Source of the DNA: Thermoanaerobaculia bacterium
GTDB lineage: Bacteria; Acidobacteriota; Thermoanaerobaculia; Multivoradales; Multivoraceae
Length of the DNA: 64,000 bases
Reading direction: 5' to 3'
Assembly: GCA_963664405.1 (NCBI GenBank)
Contig: OY761158.1
Location: 4,000,001 to 4,064,000, forward strand
Shown here piece by piece: positions 19,430 through 29,197 of the stretch. Within the stretch, counting starts at the first letter, position 1. Every line of letters starts with the position of its first letter. The position numbers and the translations under genes are program-made. The notes beneath the pieces are model-generated. The model saw only the letters and a list, made by a program, of their open reading frames with translations. It did not search any database and was not told the origin of the DNA.

Positions 19430-20098
19430 ATGCGGTTCGAGGCCTACAGCCCGAAGCAGCGGCCGGAGGCTGAGATGGAGAGGCGTGCCGAGGACTTCTA
19501 CCGTCTCATGGACGGGCGGCGCAGCGTGCGCCACTTCTCAACCCGGCCGGTGGCTCGGGGTCTGGTCGAGACCGCCATCGTCACCGCCTCGACAGCCCCG
19601 TCCGGCGCCCATCGTCAGCCTTGGCGCTTCGTATGTGTCGACGACGACGAGATCAAGAGGCGTATTCGAGAAGCAGCCGAGGCCGAGGAGAGAAAGAACT
19701 ACGGGGGTCGCATGCCGCAGGAGTGGCGGGAGGCCGTCGAGCCGCTGGGTACCACGGCCGAGAAGCCCCATCTGGAGATCGCGCCGTGGCTTGTGGTCGT
19801 ATTTGAAGAGCTCTACGGCGTGGACGGGGAAGGCAATCGGCGCAAGAACTACTACGTCAAAGAGAGTGTCGGGATCGCTTGCGGGCTCTTCATCGCCGCG
19901 TTGCACAATATAGGGCTGGTGACTCTGACTCACACCCCGAGCCCGATGGGGTTCCTTTCAAAGATCCTGGGGTGCCCCGCGAACGAGCGCCCTTACATTC
20001 TCTTCCCGGTCGGCTATCCGGCTGCGGATGCGCAAGTACCCACGCTTCGCCGCAAGTCTCTTGCCGAGGTCGCGACCTGGAACCCCGGGACGGCCTAG
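19430..20098 (+). CDS. Nitroreductase superfamily, iodotyrosine deiodinase-like
   Basis: RRSVRHFS, TAPSGAHRQPW, EAAEAEERKNY, YVKESVGIACG and LTHTPSPM are characteristic of the IYD subgroup. Confidence 0.85.
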   Translation: MRFEAYSPKQRPEAEMERRAEDFYRLMDGRRSVRHFSTRPVARGLVETAIVTASTAPSGAHRQPWRFVCVDDDEIKRRIREAAEAEERKNYGGRMPQEWREAVEPLGTTAEKPHLEIAPWLVVVFEELYGVDGEGNRRKNYYVKESVGIACGLFIAALHNIGLVTLTHTPSPMGFLSKILGCPANERPYILFPVGYPAADAQVPTLRRKSLAEVATWNPGTA

Positions 20099-20272
20099 AC
20101 CAGCGTTTCCAAAGTCCGTGTACATAGGTCGAGGTCATTCTGTTCGCTGGCCAGGCGCGCCGACGCAGGCATATTGGGCAATATGTCGAGGAGCGCGGGG
20201 GCGCCCAGCCAACGCCGGCAGCGGGCAGAAGGGGCCGAGATATGTGCGCGAACTTTGGAAACGCTGGTCTAA
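20095..20272 (+). mobile_element. MITE-like element, end-family A, copy 1 (178 bp)
   Basis: TIR (C)TAGACCAGCGTTTCCAAAGT...ACTTTGGAAACGCTGGTCTA. Its ends carry the TAG stop codons of both convergent neighbours. A second copy is at 48684. Confidence 0.85.
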
Positions 20273-20994
20273 AGCTCGCTGAGCCAATCTCGGGCCAGGC
20301 GGCAGGACGGATTGAGCTCCAGTGCCCGCTGCCAGTCGGCACGGGCGTCTTCGCTTCGCCCCAGCTCGAAAAGCGCGCGACCTCGTAGAAGGAGAGCAGG
20401 CTCGAGGCTCGAGTCGATCTCCAGCGCGTGGTTCACCAACTCGAGTCCTCGTTCGAGATCCTTGGGACCGCGACCCGGCCGCAGCAGGTCGGGCTTGGCC
20501 GAGCTGACCCAAGCGCGGGCGTTGCTTCGATCGAGCTCGAGGGCGCGGGCCGCTGCGGACTCCATCCTGCTGCGGTACTTCTGTCCTCTGAACTTCGACC
20601 GGATGAGTGTACCGACTAGATCGGCACGGATGCGCTGTGTCTCCGAGGTCTCGCCGAGGTCGGCGAGAAGATCGAGGCCCTCTTGGGCCGCCGCGTCGAT
20701 GCGCTCGCCGATCTCTCTACGCAGTGACTGCTCCTCGGTCGGTGTTTCTTCGAAGTCGATGCGCTCGAGCTCGGCAACGAGGAGGGCCGCTTCGACACGA
20801 ACACGGTCGCCTCGGTCTCCTGAGGCCTGGATGCTCGGTGTGCGGAGAGCCTGAAGAGTGTCCTTCGCAGCCTCGAGGTCGTAGGTCTGACGAGCTGTGT
20901 GAATTCGCTTGGCTTGCTCCTCTAGGAAGTCGGTCGCGCCGGCTCCGAGGCTGCCGGCGCTAAGAAGAGCGGCTCCAAGGAACTGAGCCCTCAT
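20269..20994 (-). CDS. Tetratricopeptide repeat protein, probably exported
   Basis: Signal-like N-terminus, TPR motifs (ALELDRSNARAW; ARADWQRALELNP) and ATGA overlap with the MMPL gene. Confidence 0.7.
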   Translation of the reverse strand: MRAQFLGAALLSAGSLGAGATDFLEEQAKRIHTARQTYDLEAAKDTLQALRTPSIQASGDRGDRVRVEAALLVAELERIDFEETPTEEQSLRREIGERIDAAAQEGLDLLADLGETSETQRIRADLVGTLIRSKFRGQKYRSRMESAAARALELDRSNARAWVSSAKPDLLRPGRGPKDLERGLELVNHALEIDSSLEPALLLRGRALFELGRSEDARADWQRALELNPSCRLARDWLSEL

Positions 20995-23159
20995 GAGCGG
21001 GACCTCGGAGCTGTCCAACGGACGAGCGCGGGAAGAAAGGTGAGGTCGGTCAATAGAGCAGTGACCAGCGCCAGAATCGAAAGCAAGGCGAAGAAGTGAA
21101 TGGGCACGAAGCTGGAGCCGAGGAGAGCGGCAAACCCGGCCGCGGTTGCCACCGTAGTGATGCAGAGAGCTGGGCCTACGGTCTCTGCGGAGCTGAGCAG
21201 AGCGCTCTCCGCCGATGCGCCTTGGCGCAATTCGGTCTGGGCCGCGGTGAGTAGATGGACAATGTCGTCAACGGCGATGCCGAGGGCAACGCCGGCGACC
21301 ATGACTGTGCCTGGATCGAGGGGAATCTGTTTGGCGGCCATATAGGCGAATACCAGGGTGACGGGAAGAAGATTCGGCACGATGGAAAGCGTCGTCAGGC
21401 GCAGCGACCTGAGCCCGAGTAGGATACAGAACAGAATCAGAACTGTCGCCAGAGCGAGGCTCTTGAGCTGCGAGCTGATGATCCGACTCTGTGCCCGGAC
21501 CAGCTGCAGGGTCAATCCGGTAGCGGCGGCGTCGCGCAGCCCGGCTGCCGCGGCCGCCGACTCGGCTTGGTTGGCGAGATCGAGGAAGGGACCGGAGTCC
21601 ATAGTCGTCACTAGCGCGGTCAGGCGAACGAGTCTGCGGTCGTCGCTGACCAGGGCCCGGAGCTGTGCTTCCAGGCTCGGGTCGACATTGTCGAGAAGGG
21701 CCTGAGCCGCTTCTGCACCTTCCGGCAGACCATAGTGGGAGGGGTCGAGGTCGTGGTCCCACTGATTGAGCTTTCGCAGGACATCGAGCGGCGAGAGCAC
21801 GCGGGCTATCTCGGGATGTCTCTCGAGCTCCTCGCGGAGTCGGTCGAGGGCGACCCAGTTGACGGGATCGTGCAGAGGCTCCGCCAGCGGCAGGAGTATC
21901 TCTAAGGTGGACACGCCGGTGAGGCTCTTGCGCAGCTGGTCGTAGTCTTGGACGACACGCTCGTCGGAGTTGAGGAAGCGGAGTGGATTGGAGTCGACTC
22001 GTAACTGGGGAAGTACGGGAAGGCTGAGCAGAATCAGGGCGGCGAAGCTACCCCCAGAGAGGAGCGGGTGACGCAACGACGCGGAGACGAGGTGGCGGCT
22101 GAAACTGCTCGTCAAACGGTGACGGGGACGGTGAGCGGAGGCGGGTCCGAGGCCGATCAGGGCGCGGCCGAGAGTGAAGGTGACGATCAACGAGAGAATG
22201 AGCCCAACCGCTGTCAGGGCGCCGAAATTGCGGATCGGGGCGAAATCAGACGTGACGAGCGAGAGGAAGCCCGCAGCAGTGGTCAGCGCGGACAGGGTGC
22301 AGGGGCGAGCGACCTCGGCGACAGCTCTCCTGGCGGCTTTCTCACGGTCGCTTCCCTGCTGGCGGCCGTACGCGCTGAGAAGGTGGATTGCGCTGGATAG
22401 GGCGAGCACCCAGACCAGAGATGGAGTCGCGGTCGTTACCATCGTTATCGGCACGCCGGCCAGGCTGGCCGTGGCGAGGGTCAGGAGCAGTGTCATGCCG
22501 CCGCAAAGAGATGCGATCGCCACCGGACCCACCGAGTGAAAGAAGAGGAGAAGGGCGGCTGACGAGAGCACAGCCGCGAGCGGTAGCGAGCGAAGGAGCT
22601 CTCTAGAGGAGATACTGTCGAGGGCCGCGTTGAGGACCGGTGCACCGACCATCGAAGCGTCCAAGGAGAGTCGATCCAGCTCGGCGCGGATACTCTCGAC
22701 GATGTCTCTGCGAGCCTCAGGGGAGTCCCCGAGCTCGGTGGAAATAAAGAAGCCGAGGGTGTCGCCATCGTCTGACACCAGGAAGTCATCGTAAAAGGAC
22801 GTGGACTCGACCTCGTCTCTCAGGGCTTCGAGATCCTCACCTCCATAGACATCGCGGTAGAGGGTTGGCAGCGAAGAGACATAGCGAACGCCTCGGATCT
22901 TCTCGAGGCCCGTCACCAGATCGACCAGGCGGTCGAAGATGGGGGGCGAGAAGGGCGGCGAGACGGTGACTGCGGCGAGTACGAACTCGTCGCTACCGAA
23001 GGTCTCCCTCAGCTCTTCATAGGCGGCGGCACCGGGGTCGGAACCGCTGATCCACAGCTCGAATCTATTGTCCGTCTCCAGGTCGCGAAGCCGCGCCAGC
23101 GACAGTGTCGCCAGCGCGACATAGAGAAGGAGAGTCCACTGGCGTTGTCGACGCTTCAT
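20991..23159 (-). CDS. MMPL/RND family transporter
   Basis: ETFGSDE, two TM bundles, LTTAAGFLSL and GVALGIAVDDIVH. Confidence 0.85.
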   Translation of the reverse strand: MKRRQRQWTLLLYVALATLSLARLRDLETDNRFELWISGSDPGAAAYEELRETFGSDEFVLAAVTVSPPFSPPIFDRLVDLVTGLEKIRGVRYVSSLPTLYRDVYGGEDLEALRDEVESTSFYDDFLVSDDGDTLGFFISTELGDSPEARRDIVESIRAELDRLSLDASMVGAPVLNAALDSISSRELLRSLPLAAVLSSAALLLFFHSVGPVAIASLCGGMTLLLTLATASLAGVPITMVTTATPSLVWVLALSSAIHLLSAYGRQQGSDREKAARRAVAEVARPCTLSALTTAAGFLSLVTSDFAPIRNFGALTAVGLILSLIVTFTLGRALIGLGPASAHRPRHRLTSSFSRHLVSASLRHPLLSGGSFAALILLSLPVLPQLRVDSNPLRFLNSDERVVQDYDQLRKSLTGVSTLEILLPLAEPLHDPVNWVALDRLREELERHPEIARVLSPLDVLRKLNQWDHDLDPSHYGLPEGAEAAQALLDNVDPSLEAQLRALVSDDRRLVRLTALVTTMDSGPFLDLANQAESAAAAAGLRDAAATGLTLQLVRAQSRIISSQLKSLALATVLILFCILLGLRSLRLTTLSIVPNLLPVTLVFAYMAAKQIPLDPGTVMVAGVALGIAVDDIVHLLTAAQTELRQGASAESALLSSAETVGPALCITTVATAAGFAALLGSSFVPIHFFALLSILALVTALLTDLTFLPALVRWTAPRSRS

Positions 23160-23240
23160 GATCTTTTGCTCGGGCGATCGAGGCGGAGGAGGGGAGATTA
23201 TCGCGCCTCGTGATACCTTGCGCCGGCGGAGAGAGGTACC

Positions 23241-24287
23241 GTGCAGGCGCTGATTCTTGCAGGCGGCAGAGGAACCCGCTTTTGGCCGGCCAGTCGGAAA
23301 GGGAGACCCAAGCAGCTGCTCCCTCTGGTCGGCAAGGGAACCCTGCTGCGACAGACCTTCGAGCGGATGCAGCCGCTGACATCGGCGGCGAGCACTTGGG
23401 TGTGCACCAACCGCGATCTCGGCGAGCAGGTTCGCCGCGAGCTTCCGGAGATACCGGCGCACCAGATTCTTGCTGAGCCCGTAGGGAGGAACACGGCAGC
23501 GGCAATCGCTTGGAGCCTTGCTTCGATGACCGAGTCGCAGCTCGACGACGTAGTCGTTTCTCTGCATTCGGACAGTTGGATTACTGATGAGGACAGCTTT
23601 CGCGCGAGCCTGACCCTCGCCGTCGAGGCGGTTGAGGAGCGCGACTGCGTGATGGCTCTAGGCGTGCGGCCGCGCTGGGCGGAGATCGGCTACGGTTATA
23701 TAGAGACGGCGGAGACGGTAGATCGCGACAAGGGCCTGCTCCGTGTTTCCAGCTTCAGGGAGAAGCCGGACTCTTCGACCGCGAAGGAGTTCCTCGGCAG
23801 CGGAAGGCACTTTTGGAACTCGGGGATCTTCGTTTTTCGCGGTCGGACCTTGCTAGAGCATTTCAGGCGTTTGATGCCAGAGCTAGCCGCGGGTGTCGAG
23901 AAGGCGGTGGCAGGGACCGAAGACCTCGAAGCGGTCTACTCTTCGCTGCCGGCAGAATCGGTCGACACCGGGGTGATGGAGCGACTTGATGACTTGTACA
24001 CCATCGCTCTCGATTGTGGCTGGAGCGACCTCGGATCCTGGGAGTCGCTGGCGGAAGTGCTCGGCGCCGCCGACAGCGGCAATAGCACCCACGGTCGGGT
24101 CGTTGCGATCGACTCTCGGGACAACCTTCTTTACGGTCAGGGCGGCGCCATCGCGGTGCTGGGGGTCGAAGGCCTCGCCGTCGTGCATGCGGGTGATGCG
24201 GTTCTTGTAGTTCCCAAGTCGCGGTCTCAAGAAGTTCGTCTGATCGTCGAAGAGCTACGCCGCCGCGAGGACGAAGATCTTCTCTGA
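23241..24287 (+). CDS. manC: Mannose-1-phosphate guanylyltransferase
   Basis: ILAGGRGTRFWPASR..PKQ, EPVGRNTA, FREKP and WSDLGSW. Confidence 0.9.
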   Translation: MQALILAGGRGTRFWPASRKGRPKQLLPLVGKGTLLRQTFERMQPLTSAASTWVCTNRDLGEQVRRELPEIPAHQILAEPVGRNTAAAIAWSLASMTESQLDDVVVSLHSDSWITDEDSFRASLTLAVEAVEERDCVMALGVRPRWAEIGYGYIETAETVDRDKGLLRVSSFREKPDSSTAKEFLGSGRHFWNSGIFVFRGRTLLEHFRRLMPELAAGVEKAVAGTEDLEAVYSSLPAESVDTGVMERLDDLYTIALDCGWSDLGSWESLAEVLGAADSGNSTHGRVVAIDSRDNLLYGQGGAIAVLGVEGLAVVHAGDAVLVVPKSRSQEVRLIVEELRRREDEDLL

Positions 24288-24289
24288 TC

Positions 24290-24970
24290 ATGCGCCCGCT
24301 GCTGTTGTGCACCAATGGAAGGGAGACGGATCTGGCCGGCGTGAGCCTGCCGCTCGATTTTGGGCAGCCGAGAGCTCCGCTCGAAGTAGAGATCGGCTTC
24401 GGCAAGGGTCGCTATCTGCTGGCTCGCGCCGCGGCCGATCCGGGGCGCCGCTTTCTCGGCATCGAGTCGGCGGCCTTTTACTACAAGCTGGTCAATCGAA
24501 GGGCCGTTCGTGGTGGGCTCCAAAACCTGACCACCCTCTGCGGTGATGCCTTGTACGTACTCTCGACCTGCCTAGCGCCCGGGAGTGCCGAGGTCGTCCA
24601 TGTCTACTTTCCGGACCCCTGGCCGAAGAGTCGGCATCACAGGAGGCGGCTCTTTGATGACAACAGTGTCGACTTGCTCTTGGGGCTTCTCTCGCCGACA
24701 GGGCGCCTGTTCTTCGCCACCGATCATCGGGAGTACGGGGAGGCTGTGGTGGATCTCCTGGCCAGCGAGCGCGGTGTGGAGGTCGAGTACATTCGGGAGG
24801 CTTGGCCGGACGGCCTGCGAACCAACTATGAGCTCAAGTATGAGGACGAGGGGCGCGACATTCTGCGCCTGGTCGTTCGCAGATCCGCAGGACTCCCTAC
24901 CTTGCTGAGCACGGCCCGAAAAGTTGCGCTCAGCGCCGGCATCTCGGGGGATGGGGCTCGAAATGTTTGA
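24290..24970 (+). CDS. trmB: tRNA (guanine-N7)-methyltransferase
   Basis: EIGFGKG, YFPDPWPKSRHHRRR, ATD and TNYE. Confidence 0.9.
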   Translation: MRPLLLCTNGRETDLAGVSLPLDFGQPRAPLEVEIGFGKGRYLLARAAADPGRRFLGIESAAFYYKLVNRRAVRGGLQNLTTLCGDALYVLSTCLAPGSAEVVHVYFPDPWPKSRHHRRRLFDDNSVDLLLGLLSPTGRLFFATDHREYGEAVVDLLASERGVEVEYIREAWPDGLRTNYELKYEDEGRDILRLVVRRSAGLPTLLSTARKVALSAGISGDGARNV

Positions 24971-25427
24971 GCCGATTCGCCAGGGCGACATTCCGGGTGT
25001 GCAGACGAGGCATCGCTGCCTCTTGAGTGTGGGACCGCTGGAAGCGTGGGATTGGCTGACGGTCGCCGGCCGCCTCGAAGCCTGGCTGGCCCGGCGGGCG
25101 ACCTGCGAGCCCGGTGTCGGTGGGAGCCTGGTCTTAGAGCGGGAACGCGAGTCAGGAGAGGTTGTGGTGGAGACCGGCGTGATCCGTGCTTGGGAGCCCG
25201 GCTCGCTTCTGACCCTCGACTTCCGCTGTGACGATCCCGCCTGGGAGAGCACGACGCGGCTCGAGCTCACCCTGAGTACGACTGAGGAGGGGAGCGAGCT
25301 GATGCTCTTTCACGAGGGTTTTCAGCGACTGAGAATCTCTGCTTGTCTGACCCTCTGGGAGAGCTACCGCCGGCATTGGCCGCTGGCTCTGGCTAGGCTT
25401 GCCCAGGCGATCCGTGACTCCTCCTAG
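24963..25427 (+). CDS. SRPBCC/AHSA1 domain protein
   Basis: AWDWLT...LEAW, GVIRAWEPG, ELMLFHEGF and W..ALARL pattern. Confidence 0.75.
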   Translation: MFEPIRQGDIPGVQTRHRCLLSVGPLEAWDWLTVAGRLEAWLARRATCEPGVGGSLVLERERESGEVVVETGVIRAWEPGSLLTLDFRCDDPAWESTTRLELTLSTTEEGSELMLFHEGFQRLRISACLTLWESYRRHWPLALARLAQAIRDSS

Positions 25428-25514
25428 GAGCGTGTCCGAGAATTCGGACAGGCGAGTAGTTCTCAGGCGGGGATGGGCCGGAAAACGGGCCGAAGGCGCG
25501 TTTTCTGGGGCTAG
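25424..25514 (+). repeat. 87-bp CTAG-bounded repeat unit (family D), single copy
   Basis: CTAGGAGCGTGTCCGAGAATTCGGACAGGC...TTTTCTGGGGCTAG. Nearly identical to the tandem pair at 34219-34396. Confidence 0.9.
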
Positions 25515-26725
25515 GACCGGAACCAGCGTTCCCGGCTCAGCTTCTTGACTTCTTCGACACAGTCTCGGCGAGTGTAGACGCGGAAGCGATCGATACGGGT
25601 GAGGTGTTTGATGAAGTGACTGACGTCCTCCATGGGCTCCAAACCTCCGTCGCGATCTCGTACAAGGACTCGAGTCTCGCCGAGGCGATGGGGGTCTTTG
25701 GCGGAGTTCGATACCAGAAGGTCTCCGGGGGTGAAACGCTCTTCGAGAGTGCAGAGGAGGTCGCCGAAGCGAGCTCTCTCTTCGTTGCTCAGGTGCTCCC
25801 GGGTCTCGAAGGCGAGCAGATAGTGATTCCTATCGAGGATGGCCCGAGCGTGATCGCTCTTCGACTCCCGCATCGCTGACCAGACGGTCACGTCGTCCTC
25901 TTCCAGGAAGAGCATGGGATCTGCGGGCCAACGTATTTCTCTTGTCCTCAGCCACTCGTTTAGGTGGAGCTCGAGCACTTTGCCGGTGACGTTGAAGTAC
26001 ACCTGGGTGAACATGTAATAGCGAGCCAGGACCAAGGCTTCGAGGGCATGGACGCCGCCCTCGTCGATGCCGATATCCCACTCGCCGCTGACAGGGTCGC
26101 GCAGTGGCGTCATCGTCTCGAGGAGGCGGCCGAGGTCATAGCTGCCATAGCGCACGCCGCAATAGAGGCTGTCGCGAAGTAGGTAGTCCATTTTGTCGGC
26201 GTCGAGCTCGCCGGAAACGATCTGTGCCAAGAGGCGCTCAGCTTCGGCTCCACGCCCCGTCAAGATCCTTTTGACGCCGGCGAGGTCGATGCCGTCGGAA
26301 GCCTGCTCGAGCACCGTCGCGATCTCGGAGCTGTGCAGCAGCCTCACTGTCATGTCTTCGTGATTCAAGCCTTCCTCGAAGAGCTCTTCCGCGGAGTGAG
26401 AGAAGGGGGCGTGGCCGATGTCGTGGAGTAACGCGGCGATCCTCACTAAACGACGCTGTGGCGCGCGCTGGTCCGGTTCGAGAAGCTGTGGCTCCTTCTC
26501 CGCGAGGGCGTCGTAAACGCGACCCGCGAGCTCCATCGCTCCCAGGGCGTGGCTGAAGCGGGAGTGCTCGCCGCCAGGGAAGACGAGATGTGTCAGTCCC
26601 AGCTGCCGCACCCAACGCAGCCGCTGCATCGGCCGGGTCTTGACCAGCGCTGCTTCGAGCTCGTCCGCTCGTATATAGACGTGAACCGGGTCTCGTATCG
26701 AGAGGGCCGATCTTAGCTGCGGCAT
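25511..26725 (-). CDS. HD-domain phosphohydrolase (dNTPase/SAMHD1-like)
   Basis: RDPVH, QRLRWVRQLG, HSRFSHALG, LLHDIGHAPFSH and DADKMDYLLRD. Confidence 0.88.
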   Translation of the reverse strand: MPQLRSALSIRDPVHVYIRADELEAALVKTRPMQRLRWVRQLGLTHLVFPGGEHSRFSHALGAMELAGRVYDALAEKEPQLLEPDQRAPQRRLVRIAALLHDIGHAPFSHSAEELFEEGLNHEDMTVRLLHSSEIATVLEQASDGIDLAGVKRILTGRGAEAERLLAQIVSGELDADKMDYLLRDSLYCGVRYGSYDLGRLLETMTPLRDPVSGEWDIGIDEGGVHALEALVLARYYMFTQVYFNVTGKVLELHLNEWLRTREIRWPADPMLFLEEDDVTVWSAMRESKSDHARAILDRNHYLLAFETREHLSNEERARFGDLLCTLEERFTPGDLLVSNSAKDPHRLGETRVLVRDRDGGLEPMEDVSHFIKHLTRIDRFRVYTRRDCVEEVKKLSRERWFRS

Positions 26726-26750
26726 GGATTCCGGGCCCCTGACAAGGGCG

Positions 26751-26918
26751 CTAGTGGACCGTAACACTCGAACGTTTAGTGGCTGAGTGAGTCATTCGTG
26801 GTCGAGATCAAGGCGCGCTGACGCAGGCATATCGGGGACTATGTCGAGGAAGCGTAACGCAGAGATCGGCCGCGAGGGCCGCTCGGGCGCTAAACGTTTG
26901 GGTGTTACGGTCCACTAG
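26751..26918 (+). mobile_element. MITE-like element, end-family B, copy 1 (168 bp)
   Basis: TIR CTAGTGGACCGTAACAC...GTGTTACGGTCCACTAG. Differs from 55908-56075 at one base. Confidence 0.9.
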
Positions 26919-27583
26919 TTCAGGTCCGGGTGGGTACTGAGATCGCGGAAGGGCTGGAGAAGCTCGACGACCCGACGCCGGCTGCGCAGAATGGCCAGGA
27001 TGCGGTGGGTCCTCTCCGGAAGGTCACGGTTGAGTAGGTCGAGTTTGGCCAGGGCTGGAAGGTCGAGGTGGGCGGCTAGGCCATTGACTAGGTCCTCGGT
27101 TGGCAACCTGTCGATCTTGGCACCTCCGAATGCCGGCATGCGTCGGGTCGTCGCCTGGAGGAAGTGAAGCAGCTCGAAGAGATCCTCCCTCCAGCCCGAG
27201 ACCTCGGCCGTGCTTTCGGTCAGGCGGGAGTCCGGCAGCGGATCGACGATTGCGCGTCGATAGGGCTGTGCGCTCAACTCCCGAGTGATGTCGAAGCGGA
27301 ATTGACCCTCCAGTCGGATATTGGACGCACCGTCACGTAGGTGCTCGACATCCGCCAACAGACCCGCCGTACCCCTTTGGTAGATCGGCGGAGATGCCTC
27401 TATGCCGCCGCCGTGGCTGCGGGTCAATACGATGCCGATCAGCGGCTCGCCATGGGCCTGCTCACCGAGGTCGCGCACCAGAGCTCGATACCTTGGCTCG
27501 AAGACGTGCAGGTAGAGGTCCGTACGCGGAAAGTGAACCACGTCGGGTAGAGGGAAGAGGGGGATCGTCCTTTGGCCGGCCAT
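26915..27583 (-). CDS. LON peptidase substrate-binding domain protein
   Basis: IPLFPLPDVVHFP...LHVFEPRYRALV signature. Confidence 0.88.
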   Translation of the reverse strand: MAGQRTIPLFPLPDVVHFPRTDLYLHVFEPRYRALVRDLGEQAHGEPLIGIVLTRSHGGGIEASPPIYQRGTAGLLADVEHLRDGASNIRLEGQFRFDITRELSAQPYRRAIVDPLPDSRLTESTAEVSGWREDLFELLHFLQATTRRMPAFGGAKIDRLPTEDLVNGLAAHLDLPALAKLDLLNRDLPERTHRILAILRSRRRVVELLQPFRDLSTHPDLN

Positions 27584-27632
27584 GGCGACAGCCTGATCCT
27601 AGCAGTCCTCTTCTCGCGGTACTCTAGCCTCG

Positions 27633-28505
27633 ATGTGGATCTCTGTACGAGGACCTCTCTACGCATCGCTCGGCATCCTCGTTCTAGCCCAATCGGGCGC
27701 GGCGCTGGCCGGGCACGCGCTAGCGGCGGCTGATCGAGCTTTTGAGCTGCGCGCAGAGAAGGTGGATGGCGACGTCGCTTCTTCACGGAATATCTGCGAA
27801 GCGATTACTCGTCTCGAGCAGACCCTTGCGCGTGACCAGGGCAATCTCGAAGCGAGCTGGAAGCTTCTGCGCGCCCTCTTCTATCGCGGCCAGTACACCG
27901 GCCTCGGCGAGGAGGAGCGCCAGTCCCTATATCGGGACGCAGTCGTCAGAGTCGAGGAGTCTCTCGACCGACTTCATCGTGGAGGGATGGCGGTTACCAA
28001 GTCGGCTGAGGATCTGGCGGCGGAGGTTCGAGGGCAGCCGGATGCGGTGGCTCTTCACTTCTGGGCGGCGGTCCATTGGGGGCTTTGGGGAGAGACGCAG
28101 GGTGCCCTGCCGGCGGTGCGCAAGGGGGTCGCGAAGCGAGTCCGGCGGCACGCCCAGGTTGCTATCGAGCTCGACGAGCGCTATGAGAACGGCGGCGGCG
28201 CGAGGGCTCTAGGGCGGCTGCATGCAATGGCTCCGAGAGTGCCGTTGATTACCGGCTGGGTGAGTCGAGAGCGAGCGGTCGTTCTACTCGATCGAGCTAT
28301 GGCGGTGGCTCCCGATGATTTTTTCAACCGGCTCTATCTTGGACAGGCCCTGATCGAGCTCTCTTCGGAGAGAGGTGCGGAGGGGGTGCAGATCTTGCGA
28401 CGGCTGGTCGAGGAAAAGCCCCGGCCCGAGAGTTTGTTGGAAGACCGCTTTGCCCAGCGCCAGGCGCGTGCCTTCCTCGATGGCCGCGACCGCCGCAAGA
28501 AGTGA
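27633..28505 (+). CDS. Exported helical/TPR-like protein
   Basis: Signal peptide and TPR-like helices (AIELDERYENGGGARALGRL). Confidence 0.6.
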   Translation: MWISVRGPLYASLGILVLAQSGAALAGHALAAADRAFELRAEKVDGDVASSRNICEAITRLEQTLARDQGNLEASWKLLRALFYRGQYTGLGEEERQSLYRDAVVRVEESLDRLHRGGMAVTKSAEDLAAEVRGQPDAVALHFWAAVHWGLWGETQGALPAVRKGVAKRVRRHAQVAIELDERYENGGGARALGRLHAMAPRVPLITGWVSRERAVVLLDRAMAVAPDDFFNRLYLGQALIELSSERGAEGVQILRRLVEEKPRPESLLEDRFAQRQARAFLDGRDRRKK

Positions 28506-28550
28506 TCGCGATCGATTCTCCCGCCGGACGCAGAGCTCTACCCCGGCAGC

Positions 28551-29060
28551 TCAGTACCTCCAGACCCGCGGTGTCGGTGGCAGCTCGGCGAGCGCCTCAG
28601 CCGCGGTGCGGCCGGTGTGAGGCAGCAGCAGGTTTGGGCGCAGATCAACCAAGGGTTGGAGGACAAAGCGCCGCTGGGTGAGGCGAGGGTGGGGTAGCCG
28701 CAGCTCGGCGTTCTGCGAACGCGTATCGCCGTAGAGAAGAAGGTCGATGTCGAGCGGTCGAGGACCCAACCGGGGACCGGACCGTCGTCCAGCGGCGTAC
28801 TCGAGGCGCTTGGCGATGGCCAGCAGGTCTTCGGCCAGAAGTACGGTGGTGCCCAGGAGAACGGTGTTGAGAAAGAGGCCCTGGGAGATCTCAGACATCG
28901 GCTCGGACCGGTAGAGAGGGGCTACCTCTACGCCAGTCAGATGCCGGGTGAAGGAACAGATTGCGCGCTCGAACCAGACCTCTGGATCACCCTGGTTGCC
29001 TCCCAGCGCCAGAACAGCCAAGGGTCCGGACTTGGTGATTGAGGACTTGGCCAGGGTCAG
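28551..29060 (-). CDS. folK: 2-amino-4-hydroxy-6-hydroxymethyldihydropteridine diphosphokinase (start uncertain)
   Basis: LALGGNQG, FLNTV, GPRPLDIDLLLYG and LPHPRLTQRRFVLQPL. Confidence 0.9.
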   Translation of the reverse strand: MTLAKSSITKSGPLAVLALGGNQGDPEVWFERAICSFTRHLTGVEVAPLYRSEPMSEISQGLFLNTVLLGTTVLLAEDLLAIAKRLEYAAGRRSGPRLGPRPLDIDLLLYGDTRSQNAELRLPHPRLTQRRFVLQPLVDLRPNLLLPHTGRTAAEALAELPPTPRVWRY

Positions 29061-29197
29061 CTTTGGCGGCGTTGCTTCAGCGCGCGCAGTGTGTCGGTTG
29101 GGCGGGGAACGAAGCTCGTGACCGTCCAGCCTACCACGCGACATTGCTCGCTCCGGCTTCGCGAGAGGGTGATCGAGAGGCCTGATACCATCCTCGA

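Noticed and set aside
23160-23567. N-terminal extension of the MMPL ORF overlapping manC
   Set aside because: Not protein-like and overlaps a clear gene on the other strand; ATG at 23159 is the plausible start.
26809-26860. MITE core considered as a hammerhead ribozyme
   Set aside because: CTGACGC does not match CUGANGA, and there is no properly placed GAAA or three-stem junction.
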